Assembly: GCA_001801425.1 (NCBI GenBank)
Contig: MGXR01000002.1
Location: 11,606-75,605 of the forward strand
DNA: 64,000 nt
Source of the DNA: Gammaproteobacteria bacterium RIFCSPHIGHO2_02_FULL_42_43
GTDB lineage: Bacteria > Pseudomonadota > Gammaproteobacteria > Coxiellales > Coxiellaceae
Direction of reading: 5' to 3'
Both the position numbers and the translations under genes were made by a program. How positions within the stretch are numbered: position 1 is the first letter of the stretch; the number at the start of each line of letters is the position of its first letter. The notes under the pieces were generated by a model. It saw nothing but the letters and a program-made list of their open reading frames with translations, did not search any database and had not been told where the DNA came from. Positions 56,021-64,000 of the stretch are shown here, in pieces.

Positions 56021-56509
56021 TTATTTTTTCGCAAACAACATCTGAAAACAATACGCATACTGATTTTTCTCATCCGCTTCATGGCGCTCTTGCGAAATTA
56101 ATTGCCACTGATTTTTATCCCACGCAGGAAAAAAAGCATCGCCGTCGATTTTCGCATCAATAATGGTTAAATATAATTGATCGGCGCGAGCGATGGTTTG
56201 CGCATATAAATTGGCACCACCAATAATCATCACTTCCGGTTCACTACTAACAGCTTGCAATGCACTATCGATCGAATAAAATATTTCACAACCCGCAATC
56301 ACTAAATTTTTATCACGCGATATCACAATGTTGCGGCGATTCGGCAACGGCTTTCCAATGCTATCAAATGTTTTTCGCCCCATGATCACGGGTTTTCCAA
56401 GTGTTAAATTTTTAAAATGTTTTAAATCCGCAGGTAAATGCCAAGGTAATCGATTATTGTTACCAATAACACGATTCGATGATACAGCAGCAATTAAGGA
56501 AAGTTTCAT
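56021..56509 (-). CDS. folA: dihydrofolate reductase
   Basis: LIAAVSSNRVIGNNNRLPWHLPADLKHFKNLTLGKPVIMGRKTFDSIG. Confidence 0.9.
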   Translation of the reverse strand: MKLSLIAAVSSNRVIGNNNRLPWHLPADLKHFKNLTLGKPVIMGRKTFDSIGKPLPNRRNIVISRDKNLVIAGCEIFYSIDSALQAVSSEPEVMIIGGANLYAQTIARADQLYLTIIDAKIDGDAFFPAWDKNQWQLISQERHEADEKNQYAYCFQMLFAKK

Positions 56510-56545
56510 AGGAATCTAATCAAAAATAAATACATTTTTTCACAT

Positions 56546-56672
56546 CCACTCGCTCTCTGCTGTGACTGCAACATTTCTCGGCAAGACGCCACAAGTACAT
56601 CCCTGTAGGCTTGTGTTCGACATCCTTGTCTCACACACTTGCCTCGAAACGCTGCAGTCACGGCAGGCGCTC
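56546..56672. repeat. ~125-bp palindromic intergenic element
   Basis: CTGCTGTGACTGCAACATTTCTCGGCAAG (left) pairs imperfectly with CTTGCCTCGAAACGCTGCAGTCACGGCAG (right). An inner CACAAG...CTTGTG hairpin is present. The left end begins CACTCGCT like REP family 1. Confidence 0.7.
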
Positions 56673-56673
56673 G

Positions 56674-57708
56674 CTACTTAAAATAAGTCTCTATTTCTGC
56701 TGATGACACCGCATCAACATTGCGGGGATTCCAACGCGGATTTTTATCCTTGTCGATAATCGCAGCACGTATGCCTTCCATAAAATCATGCTGCGTCAGC
56801 ATGTGACACGCAATGCGATAATCCATTTCAATGACTTCATCCAACGTTTTATTTTTTGCTAATTGTAATTGCTTTAATGTCACTTTTAAACTGGTCGGCG
56901 AACGTTTTTGTAATTGCAATACTGTTTCTTCAGCAAAGCTGGTGTTTTCTTTTTTAAGTGCTGCAAAAATTTTTTCAACGGTATCAAAACAAAAACATCG
57001 CGCAATTTCTTCACGTTGCAATTTTAATTTATTCACAATCATTTTTTCTGAAAACTCAGCAATGATTTTAGTCACCGATTCGCGATCATGCAATGGAGTA
57101 TCAATTAATTTTCTTTCGAGCGCATCAAATTTTTCTTTAGTCACAATAAATGGCGAAAAATGTAAATAATACGCGTCTTCTGCAGAAATAATGCTGCCCG
57201 TGAGCGCTAAATAAGCGCCGAGATGATTAGGCAATCGACTAAAATGAAAACTGACGCCAACATCTGGAAAAAATCCGATGCCCGTTTCCGGCATAGCCCA
57301 ACGCAAATCAGGTGCTGCCACGCAATGCGAGCCATGCAACGAAATACCAACACCGCCGCCCATGGTGATGCCGTGCGTCAAAGCAATAAATGGTTTTTGA
57401 AAATGACTAATCAGACGATTGATGTTGTACTCCAATCGAAAATAATATTGGCACTGTTTAAACGCCGTTGATCGATTATCATAGATCGCGCGAATATCGC
57501 CGCCTGCGCAAAACGCTTTGTCGCTGTTCGAACGAATCAACACTGCTTTGATAGCAGAATCTGTTTGCCACGCCAATAGTTGTGCTTCCAGCGCATGAAA
57601 CATGTCGCCATTCAATGCGTTTAATGCGCTAGCGCGATTCAATGTAATTTTGCCAAGCTTTTGTTGATCGCAATCTGTTTCGGTATGAAATAAAATATCA
57701 TCACTCAT
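56674..57708 (-). CDS. enoyl-CoA hydratase/isomerase family, 3-hydroxyisobutyryl-CoA hydrolase-like
   Basis: ITLNRASALNALN...KAFCAGGDIRA crotonase motif with the ~100-aa C-terminal extension typical of ECH_2 hydrolases. Confidence 0.7.
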   Translation of the reverse strand: MSDDILFHTETDCDQQKLGKITLNRASALNALNGDMFHALEAQLLAWQTDSAIKAVLIRSNSDKAFCAGGDIRAIYDNRSTAFKQCQYYFRLEYNINRLISHFQKPFIALTHGITMGGGVGISLHGSHCVAAPDLRWAMPETGIGFFPDVGVSFHFSRLPNHLGAYLALTGSIISAEDAYYLHFSPFIVTKEKFDALERKLIDTPLHDRESVTKIIAEFSEKMIVNKLKLQREEIARCFCFDTVEKIFAALKKENTSFAEETVLQLQKRSPTSLKVTLKQLQLAKNKTLDEVIEMDYRIACHMLTQHDFMEGIRAAIIDKDKNPRWNPRNVDAVSSAEIETYFK

Positions 57709-59291
57709 GATGTGACCAGTATTTTAGTGTATTGATGCTGTGGTGATGTTAACACTGTTTGTGTATCACCGTATTCTACTATTTTTCCTCGCTGCATCAC
57801 ACACACGCGATGCGCTAAATAATTCACGACAGACAAATTATGTGTAATTAATAAATATGCGATGCCACGCTCACGTTGCAATTTTTCAAGCAATTCCAAT
57901 ATTTGTTTTTGTGTTGACACATCAAGGGCGCTTGTCGGCTCATCTAAAATTAACAGCTCCGGTGACAATGTTAACGCACGCGCAATACAAATACGCTGGC
58001 GTTGTCCGCCAGAAAATTCATGCGGATATCGCCATTTCATATTGGGATCTAATTCAACTTGTGTCAGCGCCGCATCCGCAATCGACAATCCTTCCTGCAC
58101 ACTGCGAATTTTGTGCTGAATGCGCAAACCTTCGAGCAAACTATCTAACACAATCATGCGCGGATTGAGTGCGGAATAAGGATCCTGAAAAATAATTTGT
58201 ATTGCGCTGCGCAATTTTCTTAATTTTTTTCTCGACAATTCTCGTAATGATTGCTGTTGAAAAATAATTTTTCCATCAGTCGTTTTCAGTAATTGCAAAA
58301 TACTTTTAGCTGCAGTCGTCTTTCCAGAGCCGGATTCTCCCATGAGTGCTACCGTCTCTCCTGCTTGCACATCAAAAGAAATATCATCCACTGCTTTAAC
58401 ATAATCAACTGTGCGCTTCAAAATCCCTTTTTTAATGGGAAAATATTGTTTTAAATGAGAAACGCTTAGAAGCGGCGCGTGATTGAGCGGGGTTTTCGGC
58501 GCGCGTGTTAAAGTGGTATCTAATAATAATTGACTGTATGCGTCCGCCGGATGTTGAAAAAATAATTCTGCGCTATTTTTTTCAACAATTTTTCCTGATT
58601 TTAAAACGATCATATCATCCGCAATTTTTTTCACGACGGATAAATCATGGCCGATAAATAATAATGCGCATTTTTTTTCTTGTTTATATGCATTTAATAA
58701 CGCTAATAATTGCGTTTGAATAACGGTGTCGACTGCAGTGGTTGGCTCATCCGCAATAATAACTTCAGGCTCAGCCGCAATCGCCATCGCAATCATCGCG
58801 CGCTGTCGCATGCCGCCGGATAATTCGTGCGGATAGGATTGCAAACAGCGAACAGTATCTGAAATTCCCGCTTGCGCTAATAAATCTTTGGCGCGCTCCG
58901 TTGCGTCTCTTTTTTTCAATCCCGTGTGTAATCGAATCACTTCAATTAATTGTTGTGCGATAGTAAGCACCGGATTAAACGCCGACATTGCGTCTTGAAA
59001 AATCATGCCGATGTGTTTTCCGCGCACGCGACGCATTTGTTTTTCGCTAAATTGCAGCAAATCATGCCCGCGAAATAAAATGCGGCTGTGTGCGCTCACT
59101 CTCGCGCCGCGCGGCAACAATTGCAAAATCGAGAGCGCGCTCATCGTTTTGCCGCTGCCCGATTCGCCGACCAAACCAACGCACGCCCCTTCAAATAATG
59201 ATAATTCAAATTGAGATAACACATAATGCGGCAGAGATGCTTCTTCAAAAGCCACATCCAAGTGTTGAATTTGCAGAATAGGATTGGTCAT
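57705..59291 (-). CDS. ABC transporter ATP-binding protein with two fused NBDs (YejF/oligopeptide-type)
   Basis: Two Walker A sites (GESGSGKTM, GESGSGKTT), two signatures (LSGGMRQR, FSGGQRQR), 528 aa. No permease or binding-protein genes are adjacent. Confidence 0.75.
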   Translation of the reverse strand: MTNPILQIQHLDVAFEEASLPHYVLSQFELSLFEGACVGLVGESGSGKTMSALSILQLLPRGARVSAHSRILFRGHDLLQFSEKQMRRVRGKHIGMIFQDAMSAFNPVLTIAQQLIEVIRLHTGLKKRDATERAKDLLAQAGISDTVRCLQSYPHELSGGMRQRAMIAMAIAAEPEVIIADEPTTAVDTVIQTQLLALLNAYKQEKKCALLFIGHDLSVVKKIADDMIVLKSGKIVEKNSAELFFQHPADAYSQLLLDTTLTRAPKTPLNHAPLLSVSHLKQYFPIKKGILKRTVDYVKAVDDISFDVQAGETVALMGESGSGKTTAAKSILQLLKTTDGKIIFQQQSLRELSRKKLRKLRSAIQIIFQDPYSALNPRMIVLDSLLEGLRIQHKIRSVQEGLSIADAALTQVELDPNMKWRYPHEFSGGQRQRICIARALTLSPELLILDEPTSALDVSTQKQILELLEKLQRERGIAYLLITHNLSVVNYLAHRVCVMQRGKIVEYGDTQTVLTSPQHQYTKILVTS

Positions 59292-59309
59292 CCGATAATT
59301 ATGTCATAA

Positions 59310-60803
59310 TCACCGGCGAAAACTGAGCGCTTCTTGCAAATGATGCCGTGCAATAGTTTCACTGTCGGCCAAATCAGCGATCGTGCGCGCCAATTTCAAG
59401 ATACGATGATATGCGCGCGCTGATAATCCGAGTTGCGTCATTACTTTTTCAAGATATGCATGATCTTCTGATTGAATACGACAATGTTTTTCAATAACGT
59501 CATTGGTTAATCGTGCATTCATGCAATCCGCGCGATTGATTTGCATTGCTCGCGCTTTTAATACCCGTTCGCGCACTAAAAAACTCGATTCTGCTTGCGC
59601 GATTTGTTTTTCAATTAATAATGCCACTGGCAAAGGCAACACACCGACATGCATATCGATGCGATCCAGCAATGGCCCTGACAATTTATTTTGATAACGC
59701 GTGATTTGCTCGTGCGTGCACGTGCAACGCCCACTCGCATCGCCTGCGTATCCGCACGGACACGGATTCATGGCGGCGATCAATTGAAATCGCGATGGAA
59801 ATTGCGCTTGATGCCCCGCGCGCGAAATCGTGACGATGCCGGCTTCAAGTGGCTCACGCAATGCTTCCAGCACATGACGATCAAACTCCGGTAATTCATC
59901 TAAAAATAAAACGCCATTATGCGCAAGCGAAATTTCACCTGGTTTCGGCGGACTGCCGCCCCCAACCAATGCCACACTCGACGCCGTGTGATGCGGTGCG
60001 CGAAAAGGCCTTTTTTTCCAGTGTTTTGCGTCAAATCCGCATGCGCTAATTGAATAAATCACTGCTGTTTCTTCCGCTTCTTTGTCCGTCATTTCAGGTA
60101 AAATTCCCGGCAGACGACTCGACAACATGGTTTTTCCAGTACCCGGCGGCCCAGTAAATAAAATGCTATGACCGCCGGCCGCTGCAATTTCCAACGCACG
60201 CTTAGCCGTTAATTGCCCGCGCACTTCAGATAGGTCAGCATACTGCGGCGCTGTCGCAATATGCGCTGTATTGGAAAATTTTGTTAACACGATTTCAGCA
60301 TTTAAATGCGCACACACCGACGTCAAATCAGGCGCTGCAAAAATAGTTAAATCAGACGCGAGTGATGCTTCGGTTGCATTATCAACGGGACACAGCAACG
60401 CGCGTTTTTCTGCAGCACTTTTGAGCGCCATTGGCAATATACCTTTGACAGGTTTTAAAATTCCAGTCAGCGCCAATTCACCGACAAATTCGTAATGATC
60501 CAAACAGGATTTGGGAATTTGATCCGATGCCGCCAAAATACCAATCGCAATCGGCAAATCAAATCGCGCACCTTCTTTGGGTAAATCGGCGGGCGCTAAA
60601 TTAATCACCATGCGACACACGGGAAATTCCAACTGATTATTGGCGATGGCACATCGCACGCGATCTTTGCTTTCTTTCACTTCTTTTTCAGGCAATCCCA
60701 CGATGCTTAATCCGGGTAATCCTGGAGATAAATGCACTTCAATGGTGACGGATGGTGCGGACATGCCGACGTTGGCGCGGCTGTGGATGATAGCGAGGGA
60801 CAT
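59310..60803 (-). CDS. comM: YifB/ComM family Mg-chelatase-like ATPase
   Basis: Start MSLAIIHSRA, Lon-like N-domain, Walker A GPPGTGKTM, LFLDELPEF, CPCG zinc motif. Confidence 0.85.
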   Translation of the reverse strand: MSLAIIHSRANVGMSAPSVTIEVHLSPGLPGLSIVGLPEKEVKESKDRVRCAIANNQLEFPVCRMVINLAPADLPKEGARFDLPIAIGILAASDQIPKSCLDHYEFVGELALTGILKPVKGILPMALKSAAEKRALLCPVDNATEASLASDLTIFAAPDLTSVCAHLNAEIVLTKFSNTAHIATAPQYADLSEVRGQLTAKRALEIAAAGGHSILFTGPPGTGKTMLSSRLPGILPEMTDKEAEETAVIYSISACGFDAKHWKKRPFRAPHHTASSVALVGGGSPPKPGEISLAHNGVLFLDELPEFDRHVLEALREPLEAGIVTISRAGHQAQFPSRFQLIAAMNPCPCGYAGDASGRCTCTHEQITRYQNKLSGPLLDRIDMHVGVLPLPVALLIEKQIAQAESSFLVRERVLKARAMQINRADCMNARLTNDVIEKHCRIQSEDHAYLEKVMTQLGLSARAYHRILKLARTIADLADSETIARHHLQEALSFRR

Positions 60804-60819
60804 GCGGGGAATCGCTTGC

Positions 60820-61056
60820 TTACGCGCGCGGCTCCCTGGATAAATTGATATACGTTTCCAACTTCTCTCGCGTGCGCTGCAACACTTTGCATTGCGCGTC
60901 AAATTCTTCGCGTGTCACAAAATCCATACGCTCAAAAACAGTTTGCAAAGCACTCTTCAGATGTTGTTGCGTATCATTGGGAATATTTTTTAAACCATCG
61001 GGCATGGCATCAATGATGTTGCGAATGACATCGCCAATATTCTTGGGATCAAGCAT
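60820..61056 (-). CDS. ubiK: ubiquinone biosynthesis accessory factor UbiK (YqiC family)
   Basis: MLDPKNIGDVIRNIIDAMP...VTREEFDAQCKVLQRTREKL closely parallels E. coli YqiC/UbiK. Confidence 0.75.
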   Translation of the reverse strand: MLDPKNIGDVIRNIIDAMPDGLKNIPNDTQQHLKSALQTVFERMDFVTREEFDAQCKVLQRTREKLETYINLSREPRA

Positions 61057-61126
61057 GTTTATTCCTCATATGATTGAAAATAACGACGACACTATATCGC
61101 ATTGTGGAAAAAATAAAATACGGGGT

Positions 61127-63400
61127 TTAGTTATTGATGATCAATGGCAATGACGTTGCGGTGTTTCCGTTATATGACGCCGTAATAGTCACAGTATACG
61201 TGTCACCCAGTTTCAACCCCCTGAGTCGCGCCTGCATCCCATTCTGCAGGTAGTACACGCCAACGGCGGAACTAATTGTCGGCTGCACAGAGACAGTGTA
61301 AGTCACATTAGCTTTCGGATCAGTAATTGATTGGCCATTGAAAGTGACATTCGGCCAGGTGACAAACACAATGCGCGGGGACTCACGCAATATACTTAAT
61401 ACCGGTTGTGATAACCCGTTATCGTTCGGTGGAGTGATCGCTTTCGTCGTAAATTGAATCGGCGCTGCCGCTTGCGGGCTGTTAGCCGCGCCGGAATCTA
61501 CTGCGCTCACCACAACCGTATATTGCGTATCGGACGATAAATTAATTAATTGTTCACTCGTATTCGCTGTCGAATAATTAGCGCCCGCGGGTGGTGGCGT
61601 TACAGCTATTGTATAATTCAATTGCGGACTGGGAACATTGTCCGTCGCTGCCGTCCATGAAATCACGGCGCTATCCGTATTCACATCACTTGCAGCCACA
61701 TTGGTTGGCGCAGAAATACCGTAGGTCGGCGTTGCAGTTGTAAATGTTGCAGAATTTGACGTAGCAGATGCTCCGGTGTTGTCCGTTGCGTTAATCACAA
61801 CTTGATAGGGTGTCGTTGGTGTTAAATTTGCAATGGTTGCGGTATTATTCGCGCCCATCGTAATTTTCGCATTGGGAACGGGGCTGCCATTTTGTGTCAA
61901 TTGCACGGAATAAGTAATTGTCGCGCTAGAATCGCTGTCTGTTGCCGGCACCCACGAAACAGATGCACCACCAGTCGTCACATCGCTGACAACAGGCGTC
62001 ACGTTATTAAAGGTAATTGTGTTTTCTACCATATCGGAAGTGATGGTCACTGTCACATTGGTCATGCCGTCGCATACTAATGTGCCAATAAAGTCATCAT
62101 AAGAAAAACCGTACACGTGTTTCGCATATTGGTACAAGTTGTTTATGTAGCTTGAAGCAGGTGGTATCGTGCAGGTTGCTGCCGTTCTATACTTACCCGT
62201 ACAACAATACTGGGCTGCATTAGGCAATTTATTAAAAGTTGCATACGTGCATAAGCTGTAACAACCTAAAAAGGCATTATTGTCTTTTGGCGAAAGGACA
62301 CTCAAATCCCATGCTCCTGGCCCAGTGTTTCCGGCAGGTAATTGAGAGCTGATGCTGCATAGTTGCTGCAAGCTCATCGATGGAGTTGCTTGAATGTAGG
62401 CCATCGGGTTATCTGAACTATAATAACCCACACCTAACGCGCTAGAATCGTCCGAACCTATCGTTGTGGTGCAGTAGGTTGGTGAATCTGGTTGCACTTG
62501 CATACCAAAACCACTAAATCCATCCACCGCAGAAATATCAAATGTACTTTCGTTAACGTATGAGATTGGCGTAACACCGGGAGTGGGATTACCACCGCCA
62601 GCAAACTTAACAGCATGGTACGTAATTTCAAATAAAGTCGCAAAAGTAGTCCCTTCGTTGTGACCTCCATGTCCACCCGTGTAAATCTTTTTACCCTGCG
62701 CATTCTGATAAGCGGAAACATAGAAATTAGCTGATACCAATGCATTCTGATCTACAGAAAATACATAATTACCGCCCTGCGGAATAGAAAATAACTCATT
62801 GTTTGTCACACACTCTGGCGTATTGCTAGTACTGCAAGTTTCGCCAAGCCAGATTGTTTTATATCGGGTATTGTTAACAAACGTAATTGTGCGCGGTTGA
62901 TAGTAACGTGGCGTTGGCGCCGGATTCGGGCCTGCAACAGAATTCCATTGAGAACCCGTTCCCATTGTCAAATTATAAGCGCCTTGATCAAACCCACCCG
63001 CTGGTTGGTCCAGTGTAAATGAAGGCCCGGGGCACGATCCGCCAGACAACTGACCATTTGCCAATGACAGCGTGCAAGAATGCCATGTCTTATCTTTGCT
63101 AGATTGATAATACAACGCGTAAGTAGCAGTGAATGTATTGCTGTATTCCCCCAAAAAAAACTGTTGGCCCGAAAAAAGGTAAACGCCATATTGTGTTTGT
63201 GAACCATTTGAATTTTGTTGATAAACATAAACCGGAAAATTCACTTTGTTCCCCGCGGGAACGGTTAACATCACGTAACACGCTTTGGGTGAATTCGCGA
63301 CGGCAGGATTGGGATAAGGACACGATGGCACGGAATCTGCAACCGCAGCACAAGCCCACAATGCGCCGATCATCAGAACAATGGCTAATATTTTTTTCAT
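61127..63400 (-). CDS. secreted protein: Cys-containing N-domain, thaumatin-like domain, three FN3-like repeats
   Basis: Signal peptide MKKILAIVLMIGALWACAAVA. Thaumatin-family signatures TITFVNNTRYKTIW, STFDISAVDGFSGFGMQV, GCYSLCTYATFN, QYCCTG, YGFSYDDFIGTLVC. FN3-like repeats carry the SVSW/ISW...YTV pattern. Confidence 0.6.
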   Translation of the reverse strand: MKKILAIVLMIGALWACAAVADSVPSCPYPNPAVANSPKACYVMLTVPAGNKVNFPVYVYQQNSNGSQTQYGVYLFSGQQFFLGEYSNTFTATYALYYQSSKDKTWHSCTLSLANGQLSGGSCPGPSFTLDQPAGGFDQGAYNLTMGTGSQWNSVAGPNPAPTPRYYQPRTITFVNNTRYKTIWLGETCSTSNTPECVTNNELFSIPQGGNYVFSVDQNALVSANFYVSAYQNAQGKKIYTGGHGGHNEGTTFATLFEITYHAVKFAGGGNPTPGVTPISYVNESTFDISAVDGFSGFGMQVQPDSPTYCTTTIGSDDSSALGVGYYSSDNPMAYIQATPSMSLQQLCSISSQLPAGNTGPGAWDLSVLSPKDNNAFLGCYSLCTYATFNKLPNAAQYCCTGKYRTAATCTIPPASSYINNLYQYAKHVYGFSYDDFIGTLVCDGMTNVTVTITSDMVENTITFNNVTPVVSDVTTGGASVSWVPATDSDSSATITYSVQLTQNGSPVPNAKITMGANNTATIANLTPTTPYQVVINATDNTGASATSNSATFTTATPTYGISAPTNVAASDVNTDSAVISWTAATDNVPSPQLNYTIAVTPPPAGANYSTANTSEQLINLSSDTQYTVVVSAVDSGAANSPQAAAPIQFTTKAITPPNDNGLSQPVLSILRESPRIVFVTWPNVTFNGQSITDPKANVTYTVSVQPTISSAVGVYYLQNGMQARLRGLKLGDTYTVTITASYNGNTATSLPLIINN

Positions 63401-63437
63401 ATTTAAAACATCTTAGCCCATTGGCATTAAATAAACA

Positions 63438-64000
63438 TTAACGATTTGCGGGGATGGCACAGGTTGTCTGCGCCGTTTTACCGTTGTACTCCGCTGATAC
63501 CATCGCAGTATAAGCCTTACCCGGAACCATGGTTCTTAATTTTGCGGTAGTAATATCCACCCCTGAATTTGGTATCACTTTCACGTTAATCGATCCAGGT
63601 CCCGTAATCTGAATGCTATAGGTAACACCCTTAACCACCTGACCATTCGCCATCACAGGATTTATGGTCAGTGTTCCATTGTGTCTGTTCATTGAAGACG
63701 CGAATGTGCAGGGTGTTGGGAATTGTATATCGGGTTGCAACGTAGTAAATTTTCCGGAATGCGATTTCGAGCTAGCGCCAATAATCGAATCCACTGCTTT
63801 CACAGTCACCGAATACGCCGTATGCGGTGACAATCCGCTCAACGTTGCTGACAATCCACTTGAATAATTCATGGTTGCATTGGGAGTAACAGAAGGAACG
63901 TAGGTCACATTGGCGTTATTACCCACGCTCGGTGCTGTCCACGATACCGTAGCACTATTGGATGTCACGTTACTTGCGACAGGAATTCCGGGCGCAGAGA
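63438..64000 (-). CDS. FN3-repeat secreted protein, C-terminal part (ORF continues past right window edge)
   Basis: The frame is open to base 64000 (..SAPGIPVASNVTSNSATVSWTAP..). The C-terminal domain ends AEYNGKTAQTT, paralogous to the ASYNGNTATS end of the 61127-63400 product. Confidence 0.55.
   Translation of the reverse strand, partial: SAPGIPVASNVTSNSATVSWTAPSVGNNANVTYVPSVTPNATMNYSSGLSATLSGLSPHTAYSVTVKAVDSIIGASSKSHSGKFTTLQPDIQFPTPCTFASSMNRHNGTLTINPVMANGQVVKGVTYSIQITGPGSINVKVIPNSGVDITTAKLRTMVPGKAYTAMVSAEYNGKTAQTTCAIPANR

Overview
This is an AT-rich gammaproteobacterial chromosomal segment. Several proteins, such as split-type GcvPA/PB, SodB and TtcA, look Legionellales/Coxiellaceae-like, but the taxon cannot be proven from the sequence alone. 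Ordinary housekeeping blocks (gmhB-fmt, clpB, ttcA-queE, rnt-pyrC-peroxiredoxin, sodB-dapB, gcvT-gcvH-gcvP, folA, comM, ubiK) alternate with two large surface-structure islands.

(1) 12.1-28.3 kb holds an MSHA-type type IV pilus locus arranged as three opposing operons. It contains a PilX_N/beta-propeller fusion (candidate tip adhesin) and four GFTLIE minor pilins. It also has a REC-GGDEF-EAL protein degenerate in both catalytic motifs (FimX/MshH-like), an MshE ATPase with the c-di-GMP-binding MshEN signature, and three tandem major-pilin paralogues. The pilin paralogues arose by a ~601-bp duplication that carried along the first ~24 codons of mshE.

(2) 32.1-49.5 kb holds a type I secretion island. 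It contains TolC, an intact REC-PAS-GGDEF-EAL enzyme, two adjacent HlyB-type ABC genes, an HlyD-family fusion protein and a convergent 2712-aa RTX/LamG repeat adhesin. The ATP-site motifs of the two ABC proteins are degenerate in a complementary pattern, which predicts an asymmetric heterodimer with one consensus and one dead site.

A ~162-bp palindromic MITE-like element occurs three times, always between cistrons of these two islands. It donates stop codons to the upstream gene and a spurious ATG to the downstream one.

Other points of interest:
- A GcvPA-GcvPB fusion joined by an in-frame 18-bp x5 tandem repeat.
- A secreted thaumatin-like domain fused to FN3 repeats.
- Two REP-like repeat families.
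- A 29-bp x4 tandem array upstream of a porin.
- A (GATTA)5 tract between divergent secreted-protein genes.
- An HTH/PIN toxin-antitoxin pair.
- A tRNA-Leu 5' fragment.

All calls rest on reading the translations and the DNA by eye. No searches were run.
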